A DNA stretch of 64,000 nt from Chromera velia (taxonomy: Eukaryota). The DNA lies in assembly GCA_018398765.1 (NCBI GenBank), contig JAHBMJ010000168.1, forward strand, positions 1-64,000, read 5' to 3'. The notes under the pieces were generated by a model, which saw only the letters and a list, made by a program, of their open reading frames with translations, was not told the DNA's origin and did no database searches. Shown one piece after another: positions 34,338-48,985 of the stretch (the stretch's first letter is position 1; each line of letters starts with the position of its first letter). The position numbers were made by a program, and so were the translations under genes.

Positions 34338-37300
34338 TGCGTGCAGATGACACACGATGACACCAGCGCCTTCCGTCGTCCCGCTCCCCACATCGTCACG
34401 TCCCGCTATCCCCGATTTGACGAGCACGAAGATCCGTCGTACAACGACCTGGAGGGCAGACAGACGGAGCCCCCCTCCCCTACCCATCCCGAGGGGAGCC
34501 CTATGAGGCACGACGTCGACTTCTTCGATCAACAGGAAACTGACAACTTGGCCGCCCCTTCGCCTTTCTTCTCTTCCACCGTTCCCAGGGGCGGGCAGCC
34601 TGGGGCGGAATTCGGAGGAGCGAGGCTGGAGCCGTACGGCCCCTCAGGCTATCCTGAGACGATCCCTGCAGCAGGAGGAGGAGGGGAACAATTGGGGGGG
34701 AGTGACCTGCTCCCCCACGGATCCTTTGCGGGAGCCGATGGGCTCCTGTACAGGGACGAGGCCAATCCGCTCTCGGCCCCGGAAGTTGAGAGGCCGTTGA
34801 AGCCGCAAGGGCTCGGGGGCACAGACTGCTTCACTCCCATTTCCCTCACGCACCCGTCAGTTGCCGTTCCTCCCGGGAAGAGAAAAAGAGACAAAGACGA
34901 GCAGGAAAGGGTGCAGCATGCAATTGAACTCATAGCGACTCTGAAAGATTCGCGTTGGCCTTCTATGAAGAAACGCGCAGTCGAGATGACGATGTTTCCA
35001 AACGAGAAGTCCACGCGGTGTGGGCACAAGTTTGCATCTGGCCCCTCGGGTTTCTCTCTGTCCTTTGCGCTCCATATCGTTCATCGATTCACACCGAAAT
35101 TAAGTATTCCTTACACGACAGGAGAAGGAGTAGTGAAGAGCGAGAAAACAAACGCCCCCTTCGCCGTCGGAATCAGTCTTGTGAAGAGAATGGGGAAGGC
35201 GGTAGCGGTTGGGGGTGCCCAGTGGCTTCGTTCTGTTGTGACGGCCCAGATTGAGCAGTCAGTGGAGGTGGAAGGAAGAGAAAATGACCTGCCGAGACTC
35301 CACCTGAAGTGGTCTGAAGAGGCAGTCACCAGGTGAGTGTGGGTCTGAGTCGTTGGTTCTTCTCTCTCTCAGACTGCACCCCTTCCCTTCGTCCAGTAAA
35401 AAAGTCGCTGTCTCGATCCAACAAGTGAGCCAGATTGTTCAGTTGCCACTGGAATTCGCGTATTGCCTTCCTTCCTCACTCTCTCCAAACAGAGCGCAGG
35501 CGACACTGCTCCGTCGCTGCTTCAGAAGCTTTCGTTACACTTTCTCTCTCTGGGCTTTCGAGTGTGAGTTCCCGCCTTGTTCTCTCCCCACTTTCTTTTC
35601 GATGTTCTGGCTGGGCCAGGGGTGAGAGAGTGTGTTCCTCTTGTCTTCTCTCTAATTTCTGCTGCGATGCAGGGTGATAGATGCGCAGATACACATTGCC
35701 TGTGAGGCAGCGTCGGTCGCTGAGGGAGGGGGTGTCCCTACTGGTGGGTCGATTAGTCTGCATCATGTCTACAGCCGGGATACCCTCTTTCTCTTCCGAG
35801 CGCTGTGGGGGGAGGGACGGCTGTCCAGGGTCTTGAGGGCCTGGCTGGCCTCCGAGTTGAAGTCGGAAGTGCAGGGGGGGGATGAGAGCATGGGCATGGG
35901 GGGCGAGGGGGGAGAAGACGTTGAAGACGGGGAAGGGAAAGCGAAGGGAGACGGGCAGATTGAGAAGGACCGCGCAGATGCCGTCGAAAGTGTTGCAGAC
36001 TGGCTGCAGGTGGGTGCCTGCGTTTTTTTTTTTTTTAGGGGCGGTGGATCGGTTTGTCTGTCTGTCACAGTTGCGCGTGTTGAAGGGCAACCTTTTGCGT
36101 GTCGCGAGAGAGTCGATGTGTATCTTCTGGACTCGTGTACTTGCCGAATTGGTGGTGCTTCTATCCGTTACGTCATTTTCTGGACTGTGTCTTCTCATGA
36201 ATTTCCGACGTTTGAAAATTGCAGGAAGTTACGTGGAGGCGCCGACAGGCATCACGGAGCACCGGCAGAACAGGACAATCCCTGACGCGCAGAAGAGCAG
36301 CAGAGAGGGAGAAGGTCTTGGACGGGGCTTTCCGAGCAGCTTTGTGTGCCGTGGGTGAGGACAGACCAACAGGGGTGGGCGCGTCTCTTCTGTTGGAGGA
36401 GGGGGATGCTGGTGCGAGTCGGAGGGTCCCCCCGAGGCCTGACCATGCGATGACGGGTGTGAGTGAGGTTGACGTTTTCCCCCGGTCCGCTCTGGCGTCT
36501 CTCAGCATTTGCGGTTTTGGCACATCCCATGTGGCGTCGAAGATTTACGACGGTCCGGCCACGATGCTCGATCCTCGTTCGGAGCAGATGCAGCCAGAGA
36601 CGCAGGACTGGAAGGGGCGGTACACCGAGAAGGCCCTGATGGTCGGTCGGTCGGTCGCTGACGGTGCGCAGAGACGGGCAGGAAGCTAGGTTTCCAGCTG
36701 GAGAGAAAGAGCCTGCAGGCGGTTGAGGGTTTTTTGTCATCTCTGTTTCAACTTGAATGGGAGAATGAGCAGGGTGGTTGTGGTTGTGGTTGTGGGGGCA
36801 TTTTCTTCTGTCCTTTCTTACGATAGATCTTCTTTGTCGTTCGCGCTTTCTTGCTTCTTACGATTCTCTGCTGGGCTCTGTCTATCGAGAGAACTCCTTC
36901 CTGCTCTTCTTTCTTTCTCAATTAATCTGCTTGACTTCATGTTCTTGGCTTGCTTGCTTGCTCGGTTGGCTGTGCGCCTGCCTTTGTGCAGGACTTCACA
37001 GCAGCTGCATCGGGGAAAATGGCGATTCCTGTGGGGGATCTGCTGATGGCAGTGAGTGGGGATGCAGACGCCCCTCTCCACCAGTGTCGGGATTGGAGGG
37101 AGGCCCTGCTTGTGCTTCTGAGAATGCCCTGTGAGGAGGCCCATAAGCACTCGGGGGGTGACTGGAGATTGCAACAGGTCCGTCAGTCAGTCAGTCAGTC
37201 AGTTCGTCAAAAACCTGTCCTTTTCTCACCTGACTTCCTTGCTCACTTTACCGACCTCGCCTCTAATTGGTCAGCGAACTCTGCTTTTCTCATGCTTTAG

Positions 37301-38441
37301 TCATCCCCTGCTCCTGTGTACTTTGACTTCTGTGTTTCGAAAAATTCACAAAAGAAGTCAAGAGCTCCTCTTTCTGACCCTCATTGCTGGTCTTTCTTTT
37401 TCTCTGTCCTCTTGTCTGTGCAGGCGCTTCGAAGTCTCCTGAAGAAGGCCTCTGAGGGATTCTGCAGAAAGGTGCCCCAAAGGGGCCCCGTGCTGATTGC
37501 ACCGCCCCCACGCCCCCCCTACGACCTCCCCTCCAGAGACCCTGCAGAGTCCCAGAGGGACCCTGGGGATCCAGATGCGACCAATGAACCCACGATTTCT
37601 TCCTCTTCCTCCAGCAACAGCGACATGAGATTCCGTGCGTTGGACCTCTCCGAGCAGCAGTGGAAGGGCGTGAAGGAAAGGGGTGGAGACACAGGAGGAC
37701 TGAGGAGGGAGGAGCAAGTGGAGGATGACCACAGTGGGGAGAAGTTGGATCTTCAGTTCGAACTTTTGCGGTCCGTACACTTACTTCTTGTCTTTTTGCC
37801 AGTTTATTTCTTTCTTTCACCATCTGTCGATCTGTTTTTCTGTTTGTAATCCTTCTCGTCTTGTCTTGGCTGCGTTTCTGTCTTGGGGAAAATGGAAGAA
37901 ACGCGGCAGTCTCCGTCTGCGTGGTTGTCTGTCTATCCTCCTCAGCGCCGCTTTCTTTAATGCCTCGAGGGCCTTCCCAGTCTCTGATGAGTCAGGCCCC
38001 TTTCTCCATGCAGATCCACAACATCATCTCATCTCATCTCATCTCATTTGGACGCTGTATGCATGCACGCAGGTTTCTGGCCTTCCCGCACCTTGACCTC
38101 TCGGTACTCGACGTGAGAGGGTACTCTCGGGACGGTCTGGACATCTGTCTCTCCTGGATTTTGGTGGTGAACCTGGCTCACGCACTTTGTCTGTCGGCAG
38201 TTCCGACCGGGGGGTCCGACGGATTCACTGCGATGAGCCAGGAGATTTTGTTGGAGAAGTTGAAGAAGATTGGGGAGGTCTTAGGAAGGTGCAGCAGGTT
38301 GATGATCGATTTGCTTGGGGAGTTGGGCGAGTGGGAGGCGGCAGTGGGTGTCCACCTGCTGACGGAACTCTGGGAGAAGGCGTCGGGATCCCTGAGGGAA
38401 CAGCCTGGACAGTTGGGACCCGATGATCCGACTGGTCTGTG

Positions 38442-38519
<78 letters not shown>

Positions 38520-38541
38520 TGTGTGTGTCTGTCTGTCTCTG

Positions 38542-38621
<80 letters not shown>

Positions 38622-39124
38622 TGTCTGTGGGCTTAGTGAGTGAAGCGAGGAAGGGAAGGGTGGTGAATCGATCAAAGTGATAGGGAGTCAATCAAGGTGC
38701 TTGCCTGCAAGGGGTATTGTAAGAAAGAAAGAAGGCTTCCTTCCCTCCGGGAGACATCATGTTTCGGTTGTCGCTTTCCTTTTTGTCTTCTCCAGCTTCT
38801 TCTTCTGCACTTGATTGATGCAGCGTTACACCATCGTTTTCCTTTTGCGCCTTAGCAGCCCTCTCTGTTTCGTACTGTATGTCAGACACACCCGAGCCCA
38901 TCCGTTTCTTGACTCTGTTCTGACCTTTCCTGATCGGCCGCTGATGCAGGCCCGGGCAGTGCCTTCCTCCTTTCTTCTCCCGAAGGACGAGCGGTAGAGA
39001 GCCGCCGCCGCGTTGCAGAGGCGTGTGGTAATCTGATGATGAGAGGGAAGGCGACTGACAGCAGGCGATCCGAAGAAAGCAGGAGAGAAGCGGTGAGCAG
39101 TCTGTCTGTCTGTCTGTCTGTCTG

Positions 39125-39174
<50 letters not shown>

Positions 39175-39595
39175 TGTATGTATGTGTGTGTGTGTGAGAG
39201 AGACAGGGTGAGTGCGACTGCCACCCCCCTCCCGCCCCCCGGAGAGCCTGGGTCAAGGTTTTTTTTTAATCTGACGGATAACTCTTCCTTCCCTCCGGCA
39301 GAAGGAAAGATGCTTGAGTGCGAGTGTCTTTCCGCCATTGCTGCCTGCCTGCCTGGATGGATGGATGGATAGATGGGCGGATTGATCAAGAGATGGATTG
39401 GATGGATTCGTCATCCCCTTTTCCTGTTCCTGGCATGGGAACAAAAATGAACTCTCACAAATCATGTGTGTCATGTGGCATGTGTACATTTGCGCACCGA
39501 AACTCTTCCCCTCTCTCTTCCCTCAGGCAAAGCTCGTGGAGTTCCTCCAGCTTCCGGATGAAGACCTGCTTTTTGGGTCGTGTGTGCCAGTCTGA
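27668..39595 (+). CDS. NUP98: Nucleoporin Nup98-Nup96 precursor
   Basis: About 17 exons. FG/GLFG repeats; GLEBS motif [16 protein letters not shown] split across 29296/29757; autoproteolytic domain (YGSILWPG...[15 protein letters not shown]...[16 protein letters not shown] at 33339-33347); long Nup96-like helical C-terminal part ending at TGA 39593-39595. The first exons and the start codon are less certain. Confidence 0.88.
30700..31580 (+). repeat. Coding GLFG/GAFG-polyQ tandem repeat of Nup98
   Basis: Near-identical nucleotide units encoding AQAQTGG(L/A)FGQTQ(n)PA, with CAG runs. Confidence 0.9.
38438..38626. repeat. Intronic (GTCT)n(CT)n(GT)n microsatellite
   Basis: Directly visible, just after a Nup96 exon donor. 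Confidence 0.9.
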
Positions 39596-40995
39596 CACAC
39601 TGACAAAAGGAATGAGGAGAGAGAGCCTGACTGTGACTTAACGAGGCGGAGATCATCGTCTTCTAATGGTCTTCACTTGACCAAAAATGGGAAAAAAACC
39701 TTCAATCGTTGGTGAGAGCGGAGGTTGAAACTTTCGCCTTCACCTTTCACGTCCTCCTTCTGGCCTTCGTTCGGTTTCGAATCATCTTTCTCCGCTTTAC
39801 ACCTCGACGCATGAAGACCCCTTCCCTTGCTGTCGTCCTCTGCATCCTCAGTCGTGTAGATCCTGCTAGAAGGGTGTGGGAAGGGATCGAAGGAACAAGG
39901 TCCGCATTTCTTGCAGAAGAAGATTGAGGCAGTGGACTTTGCTGAAAGCGACGGTAGAGTCCGCTTTTCTATTTTTGGTGATTGGAACTTGGCTCTCTCA
40001 GTGCGGTTTCTTTCCGAGGCAGGAGGGAGGGGGTGAGGGGTAGTTGGGGGTGGGTCGGGAAGCTGCAGATTTACTGCTGCAAGTTCGTTTTCTATTTTCT
40101 ACAACGTACATCATCGCATTCACTACCCTACAGTACCAGAACGATCCGTTCCGTGTTTGAGCTTGACAAACAAAAAATATTAAAGTCCCAGGGACACAAC
40201 AGGCTTGTGTAGCTTATGCTGTTGTGGACTGCATGCCAGTATTGTTTTTGCACTTCTTTAATTTTTGTTAACAAATATTTTTTTTCTTTCGATTTTTTTT
40301 TTAATACAAAAAGTAGAATAATTATGAAAACTTAGTATAGCATAGCATAACATTGATGTTCCTAGTAAGTAAGTGATAAGTGATTTATTAGTGTCCCAGG
40401 ACATTGTTACCGTTTTGTTGCTATATGACTACTTCCGTCAGATTTATAAAGTTTGAGTTGATAAGATGGAAGGTAATAGAGGGTGTATTTGAAGTAACCT
40501 CTCATAAATGTATAGACAAAGTTATTTTTTTTTTGTTTATGGATCGAGAGTGGGAAGAAATTCAAAAAACGAATTGGTGCAGTTAAGATCTAAAAAAATT
40601 AACGAATCAGTAAGTATATGAACCTTCGGACAAACTAGGTTTGATCCGCCCCTCATATATGAGGACGCGGCATGCATAACAAAAACCTCGATCATCTGTA
40701 AGTATACTTTTGAGAGAAGTTTAACTGTTGGAGATTGCATGATCGAGGGCTAGCTATTTGGTGGCTGGGGGGCCCGCCAGCATTCCTCGGCCAAAATTCG
40801 GCCAGAAGGCCCGCGCAGGCCACGCGCACAGATCTGACTCTGACAAGTCGCCGGGGAGTCAATAAAGCACTGTCAGATGCAGATGCTGTTGATCGACGTG
40901 CATGCACAGTCCCAACAGAAGCTTGAACAGGACATACATGTGACAGTTCCCTGGTGTGTCTTCCCAGCGTCCTCTTTTCGGCGAATTGCGTCAAG

Positions 40996-43406
40996 ATGAG
41001 CGGAGACGCTCAGAGATCCTTCTTCCTTCCCCTCGTCAACGTAGACGGGCTCGATGCGCCGACGCCCCGAGCCGTGAAGGCTCTCTCCGACAGTCTGGAC
41101 AGAGGCGTGCGGGCGCTTGCGGCAGGTGACGAGGCGACTGGGTTCGCCTTGCTCGCAAAGGGGTTCATGTCGGCAGAAATAAGGTGGATAGACGTGCGGG
41201 AGGTTTTGAGACTGAATCGAGGGCTGGTCAGCCGTCTCTCCGCTGAGCGCGCCCCTGACATTTTCTCAGTCAAGGAGGCTTCAGAACTCACTGAGTCGCA
41301 GAGACACGCATTTCTTGTGAAGGCACACGTGAAAGAGCACATGCGTCAGAACCCGAGATCAGAGATTGCTCGGTACACCCGCCTCTTTCCCATAGACGCC
41401 GTCGTGAAAGCTTATGAGGGAAAGAAGAAGATGGCAGCAGGGGAGACGGAGCAGGCCATCATGGACATCAAGAAAGCGCTTCAGATGGACGAACGGACTA
41501 ACATGACCTCCTACTGGTCTCTCTTTACCCTCACCTACGGCCTCTATCTCAACACTGCCTTCCCCCAAGATCAGGTCTACTGGTGAGCCATGACGCACGC
41601 CGTCTCCTTTTGCCGTCTCTGGCAATCCTTCACCTCTGTCTCCAGTCTCTGTGTGCCCGAGGCCCCAGCTTCGGTGCAGCCTTTCTGGCCCCTTCGGTCC
41701 CTGTACACGATCTTGATTTCTCAATTTCTCTTCGAATCGTCGTGTCACTGCTAAGCGCTCTCACGTACATTCAGTCACTGTCTTGTCCTTTCGCATACCG
41801 TCTCTCTCTGTGCGAAGAAGAGAATGAAGAAACTGCTTGCGTCACATTGCGTGCCAGCAGGGCCGAGTCTCGGCGCGCCTTGGAAAGTTTCACCCGTCTG
41901 GCTCCTCCCTGTCACTGGCACTCTGCCTGTGCTTTCTTCATGCTGTTCATCATCAATTTTGAAGTGTTCACTGGAGAGAACGCGGTCGAACTGACGGAGA
42001 ATGTGCCCAAGGGAAGGAGAAAAGGGACGCTCTCGAGGTCTGCATGTCTATTCAGGTTTCTGCTTTTCACTTCTCTCTGAGGCTTTCCTTTCCTCTCCGA
42101 GGAACTCACTCATCACCCAGGTTTTTCTCGTAGTCCTCCTTTTCCTTCCTATCTTTACTCTTGGAGAACCGCCCAGCAGCTGCTCTTTCTTTTTTCTGCC
42201 TGAATCCGTCTGGAGCGGACTGCTGCTTCTCCTTTTGTGTTCATTCTGCTATGGCGCTCTTCTCTTTGCTACTCTGCTGCTTTCCTCTCTGTTCTCTATG
42301 GCGAGGTTCACCTGCATTAGTGCTTGTATGACCCTAGTCCTTTTCTGCTGTCTCTCTCCCCCCCCTACGTTCATTCTTGTCTGGCCATGCATGCAGACTG
42401 CTCTCCAGACTTCCGCCCTCGAAGGTCGACGAGCTTCTGGAGACTTACAGAAAGGGCCTGAGGTGCCTGGAGATGAGGTCCAAGTGGCTGCCCCCCCTCG
42501 GGAAGGACCAGATGGAGGACACGGTGGGGCCTGCGAAGGCCCTCGCAAAGTGAGTCCTGATCGATCGATCGATCGGAGGGTTCGATCTTTCCCTCCTTCC
42601 TCCTTTCCTTTAGGGAGTCAGACAAGCAAAGCACGGGGCTGGCTGCATGGGTGCATCAGGTGAAGAGTCATGAAAGTGAGTGGTCATCTTGTCGGGCGGT
42701 CCTGCCTCTTCAAAAGCGTCGAATGAAAAAAGAAAGATGTCAAACCCCACAGAGAGGGGATGGGTTGTGGGACTACTATTAATACAATGGAGACTGCATG
42801 TTTTCATCGTGTTCGAAGATGGCTGCAGGGAATCAAAAGCAGAATGAAGAAGATGCTTGCGGAAGTTTTGGTATTCTGCCGCGAAAAAACCAAAACGCCC
42901 GCTCAGATGTGTGACACTTTTCCCTTTGTCCCTTTCCCTCCGAACCGCCCGCCTTGCATCGCGTTCATGCATGCAGACTTTTCTCGGAAGTCGTTAAAGA
43001 GAATGAGCCAGAGGGCCAGAGGAGCACGGCAGACGACTTGAAACTTCTCAAGGAGTGCGCCCTGTGCGGCAGAAAGGATGCCTCTCTGCTGAAATGCTCG
43101 CGGTGCGGGATTGCTGCGTATTGCGGGAAGGAGCACCAGAAGGAACACTGGAAGACTCACAAAGGGGAATGCGCGCAGTTGCAGAAAGCTGCGGAGATGC
43201 GGTTGAAAGACAACCACGCGATTCACGAGAGAGTGCGCAGAGAGGGAGACGGAGAGGAAGGACAGTCGCTCTCCTGGAACCCCATCAACTCATCCTCCAT
43301 GGCGAGCATCCCTAGGTGTGTTCATCCTGCTGCGTTTGATGATTTGCCCCTCTCTCTCTCTCTCTCTCCCCCTCCTTTTCTTTCCCTCTAGCACACGAGC
43401 ACGCAC

Positions 43407-43448
<42 letters not shown>

Positions 43449-43458
43449 CGCACACACG

Positions 43459-43536
<78 letters not shown>

Positions 43537-45443
43537 CAGACACAGACACAGACACAGACACACAGACACAGGCGCGCGCGACGAAGCTTCAAGTCCTCCC
43601 CCATGTCCCCACTGAAAGAGACTGCAGGTCCGCGTTTGAGGCTGAGGTCCCCATTCCGAGACGTGAGGCTGCGACTACGGAGGTCCACGTGGTCTTCCAC
43701 CCCTCCCACCTCCCCGAGGACGCACTCGACAGACTGCAGACAGTCAGGGAGAGGACCCGAAACCCAATGCAGGTCAGGAGAGCTCAGGAGGGCTGCATCA
43801 GGGTCGGTCGGGCAGCTGTTTGGCAAGAGACTGAGACTGCGGAGCTAGGGGAGAGAACGTGATCGTTCGACGTTTCGTCTGCTGAATTCCTGCCTGTCCC
43901 TTTTTTCGTTTGCTGAATTCCTGTCTTTCTCTTTTCTCATTTGCTATTGTCCCGTCTCCCCTTTTCTCGTTCGCGCACACAGGTGAAATTCCACATGTAC
44001 GGCTCACCAGAGACGGCTACGAAACTGCGGGAGGAAGTCTTCGGGGTCGCCTCGGGGAGTTCTTGTATCGTTCTTCTGAATCGAGGAAGGTGAGTGACCC
44101 GACCAGGAACTTGAGTCACTCGACAGATCAGATAGTGGGGAGATTGGGCAGGCATTGCGCGGATCTGGGAAGCGGTCTATCTGTTCCCCGCCCCTTTCTG
44201 CCTGCTTTTCTGCTCAGTCCACCATCATTTTCCCTTAATTTCCTCTGACAAAGATCTGCATTTATTTATGGCTTCTCTGCCTCCCTTCAGGTACACGCCT
44301 GCTGGCCTCGGAATGAGTGCCTCGGGAGACGAGCGCAACCGTTCCGTGAGACGCTCCGTGGAGATTGTCGGTGTCAACGCTCCCCGCTCCCTTGTGGTCC
44401 TCTACCAAGACGAAGAAGACGAGGGGGACGACGAAAAGGAGACCCTGCTCACTGTCAAACAGGCAGAGGACCAGACATGCAACAGGTAGGTACACGGGGC
44501 TGTGAAACTTCTTAATCGATTTATGCGTGTTCCATTGGTCTAGATGGAGGTGGAAGAAGATGCATCGATCGTTTTACAGGACAGCATCAAGATTAATATA
44601 GAATTTGAAAGGCCCCTGCCTGTTTTCTGTCTACATGTTCGTGCGCGATGCCTTTTCATGCCTCGGGTATTCCGCAACACCTCCTCTGCCGCTTTTTCGC
44701 CGAGAAGTCTGAGTTTTTCTGCCGTTTTCAGTGGTCCACCTTTCACGATGTTCTTCACTTCATGAGTGTGTTTCATTCAGCTACTTGTATTCGCGTGTCT
44801 GTCTTGCTTTTGTGTGATAGAGATGCAGAGGACTGTTGCATTTGTATCTGCATGAAGGTCGATGCAGGAGTGGGAGGTTGTCTGTGTGTCTATGCAGGTG
44901 CATTGTGAGGCTTGCGAATCTGACTCTTGAGGTTGGCTGCTCTGAGGGCGTCGTCTGCGAGGCCTACAGCAGAGGGGCTTCGAATGAGATCCCTCCCAAC
45001 AGAAAGGCCGCCCTGGTGATGGAGAACGTGCAGATTCTCTGCGGGGCTGTGGGTGCAGATGCAGAGGCAGCAAGGGGAACGCAGGAATGGGGTGTCCCGC
45101 AGACTGTGGGAGGGTGTGCGCGTCCTAGGGGGGGAAGGGGAGGCTGCAGTGACTCAGAGGGCCCATGGAGCCCCGGTGTGACTGTGGGGATGGGGGGGGA
45201 GCTGTTCATGGCTGAGTGTGTGATCAGGGACGGGCCTCTGGCTGGGGTGCAGGTGTCTCTGGGTGGAAGTGCGGTGTTTCGTCGGTGCAAGTTCTCTGGT
45301 CTGGGCAAGGGAGAAGAGGAGCCGCTGGATGAAGACCATGTGAGTCGGTTCATTGATTGGGTCTTCCTGTCTGTGATGCTTTGGGGAAGGAAGGCGAAGC
45401 GAAACATCGACTGCCAATCACTGATAAGCGGTTGTGCCAGATC

Positions 45444-45476
<33 letters not shown>

Positions 45477-47050
45477 GCACACACACACACACACACACGC
45501 ACGCACACACACACACACACACGCACACACACACACACACGCACGCACAAAGACACACAGACGCACAGACACACACACACACTGCATTCCCTGCTAGCGG
45601 ACAGGAATTGCACAACCTCTTAGTTTCGTTTGTTTCCTCTGAAACCTACACATCTGGCCTTCCGCCATGGATCCGCATTGGATTAGATCGTGTTGATTTC
45701 TGCACTGAGGCATGTTTCGTTGGGTTGAATTTCATCGAAGAGGTTTGAAGCGTTTTGTGTTTCTCTTTCTGTCCCTGTCTGTCCATTTGAATTAACCTTC
45801 TCACAGATTCAAGGGGCACAGCCGGCTTTGAGTTTGAACGAAGGTAGCAACGTCCGGCTGTGGGGATGCACATTCGAGGACAACGAGGGACACGCCGTGC
45901 AGTTCGATTCAAGGGGACCTGGGGGTGTATGCTCTCTTCCTGACGATACAGAGAGGGAAGCGGCATTCAAAATAATGGGCAACGGTAGACTCGAAACCCC
46001 AACGGCTCTTGATCTGGCAATGTTGAGGGTCCGTCAGGCATCGAACGTTATAGATGGATGCCTCAATGAGGGGTGGGCAATGCTACGGAGCTCATGACTG
46101 ATTTGCTTTTCTTTCCCAGTTCGCTTCCTTTTTGTTTTTTCCATATAGCTATCGGTGGATACCCATCTATCGGTGAATACCAACAGATGCCGTCTGTATT
46201 GTTCGTATGTCTGCAGCTCGCAATCAATGGAGGTGCGACGGATGTGACGGCAAAGGAGAAGGCCGTACAGATAGAGGCAGAAGCCCGAGCAAGAAGAGAC
46301 CTCTGGAGGAGAGGGGGCAGCTACTCCCTGGCCGGGCCATGCGTTTTCAGGTCAGAAGAGAAGAAGGATGGCGCATTGCAATCGAGGGAGGAAACAGCGC
46401 TTTTTGCATATCCTCTTTCGTCATTGACAGTCCCTGTCCACCTCTGTGTGTGAAAGCAGACTGCCAACTCCTCCTTGGCCCTGGGCATTTGTTCTTCTGG
46501 TCGGGTACCTGAGGCAGACAGAAGCTCTCATGGTCTTATTTGGGTCTTCCGCATGCCCTCAGGCCAAATGTTTCAGTGACTGTGGACCCAGCTGGTCATT
46601 ATGAAGTGCACAACACATGCAGTCGCATGTTGGACTCTGTTTGATCATTTGCATACGCTGCCCTGTGTGTGCAGAAACAACTGTCGGTCAGTGAGGGATC
46701 CCACTGAGGAGACGCAGAGAGACAGAAGGTACGACAGTCCTGCAGCGTGGCACTCCCCCGAGTCTGAGATCGGTCAGCGGATGACAATGCAGAAGCAGGG
46801 ACGGATGCAGTTGGGTGACGTGCTGATGCAGGGCCTCGGCCTTCCGTCCCCTGCAGACCCCAACGCTCCTGTGGGGATGCGGGAGAGCTTTGCAGATTTT
46901 TTGAAGTCCATGGCCAGGGCCGTGGAGGGAGATGAGTCTGCAGGTTCTCCTGAGGAGGGGGGGCACGAGGGCGCGAGACTGGGAAGCGATGAGGCTGCGT
47001 CCATGTCTGCAGACGAGGGAGAAGGCTCAGAAGCCTCGGCCCTTGACTGA
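40996..47050 (+). CDS. MYND zinc-finger protein with an N-terminal helical (TPR-like) region and C-terminal right-handed beta-helix repeats
   Basis: MYND motif CALC...CSRC...YCGKEHQKEHWKTHKGEC (about 43056-43172). Beta-helix-like repeats ECVIRDGPLAGVQVSLGGSAVFRRCKF and GLSLNEGSNVRLWGCTFEDNEGHAV. Multi-exon, ending at TGA 47048-47050; some internal junctions are approximate. Confidence 0.75.
43400..43570. repeat. Intronic (CA)n(GA)n(GACA)n microsatellite
   Basis: Directly visible. Confidence 0.9.
45444..45582. repeat. Intronic (CA)n microsatellite
   Basis: Directly visible. Confidence 0.9.
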
Positions 47051-48011
47051 TCGACGTTGTGTTCTTCTAGCGATGGATTCTTAAGGATCTGCCTGATTTA
47101 GCTGGTGATTCAGCCAAGGCCTTGCCCCACGGTCTCATTCATCAATCGCATTGTTGATCATTACAATGTTCGCGTGTTGTCGCGCGTGTAGAGTTGACTT
47201 ACCTTCTGGAAGAATCGGTTTGATTCAGAAGTAAGTTGGATTAATTTTCACTAATTTTAATAATATTGATTAAAGGTTTTATCGATGAATTCGGCTTTCA
47301 TTCTAATTTTATTATTTGATCCGTTTTAGCTTAATTTTTTAGAGTTCTAGTTGTGATTTACGAAGTCCAGAGGAATAAGAAACAATAGTTTAAATATGAT
47401 ATCGGAGTTACATCAATCACCACTCGCTCTGACACAATCCGACTCAATTATTGATCGCATGAGTGGCTACTCAGGTATACTGAGGTTAACATAGGTTAAG
47501 TGACGAAAGCCTAATTATAAGTTTTAATGTTAAACTTCTAGACTGAACCGAATACTCTAGTATTTACATACTAAAAAAAAAATGTTAAGTGGGGGGAAAT
47601 CATGATTGTACATGATTGAAAGCCAGAAAATGCGAAAAGCTCCCCAAAAAATCCGAAAAAGACAGCGAGGCTCTCTACAAGGAGACATGCATGAGAGACT
47701 GTATGGAGACAGTAATGTTGTGTGTCGGGGCGGGGCCTGGTCCGTCTCTGCATGTATGCTAGCCAGCTGGCCGGCCGTCTCCTCGCTTCCGTCATCTTGC
47801 GCCGATCGGCGAAGTTGCCGTCTCCATGCATGCCGTCTCCCCAACTCAACAATTAATTCGATCGGCTCTATTTCGGCTCTTCATTCGTGAAATTACCTGC
47901 CGTAGCCTGGCACGTATATACGCTACCACACAGTGTGACGGGTCAGTAGTGGGATGCAACGGTCAATGGCCTTCTCCAGATTCGAAGCTCTCTGAAGAGA
48001 TCAAGCATAGC

Positions 48012-48940
48012 ATGCCCATCTTCTACGGCGCGCTCTGCTTTCTCCTCACTTCGCCTGTCGCCTTGCTTTCAGTTCCCAGACCCCGTCTCTCTCTCCTCAG
48101 TACCAGATCGTCGCTTCCCCCTTCGTTTCGTACGCACAGAAAATCTCCCGGTCGCTCCTTTCCTCTCTCCATGACGAGTGCTGATCCAGAAGTGACCATC
48201 GAGTTCCTCAAAGAACTCGCAGAGGCAGGAGGTCGGCCTGCGGGGAAGGGTACAGTCTGGAGACGGCATCGTCGTGAGCATGCATGTCGGAGAAGAAAAC
48301 ACTCACGCAAAGTCCTCTGGTGTCTTTGTGCAGGGGCCCTTATTCGCGAGAACATCTTCAAGAGGGGTAAGAGCACGAAGGGAAAGATCAGCGCTGCAGA
48401 CCTCGTGACAGAGACAGGTGAGAGAAGATACAAGTTCTCCCTGTGACTGCGTGTGTACGAGTGTGTGATCGTCTGTTCACACACAGACCTCGCGGGCCGA
48501 TCCCCAAATCATCTCTAAATTCTCATGCGCTCGACCTTTGTAGGTCAGACAATGTTCTCTGTTCTTGCACCCGCGAGGCAGTCCTGTGGGTAACCAAGGC
48601 TCATTAGATGACGCCCGAATACTATACCTGTTTACTGCAGATGTTGCGGTCGAGAAACTGTTGATCTCAAAAATAAAGGAGAAGTTTCCTGCGCACAAGT
48701 TTTTGTGCGAAGGTCGGTCGGAGAGGGCGCAAGACTCTGGGAGAGACGGGGGGGGGGAGGGAACTGCAGAACCCAGGAAAGGAAAGGAAAGGAAATGGGA
48801 AGTGCTTTTTTTTTCGTGTGTTCTTTGATTTTCCCTCTCTCTCCTCCCTCTCCCCCCCCCTCTGTCTCAATCTCTTGTGTGTGTGTGGGGGGGGGGGGGG
48901 GGGGGGGGGGGGGGTGGGCGAGGGCGAGAGCGAGAAAGAG

Positions 48941-48985
<45 letters not shown>

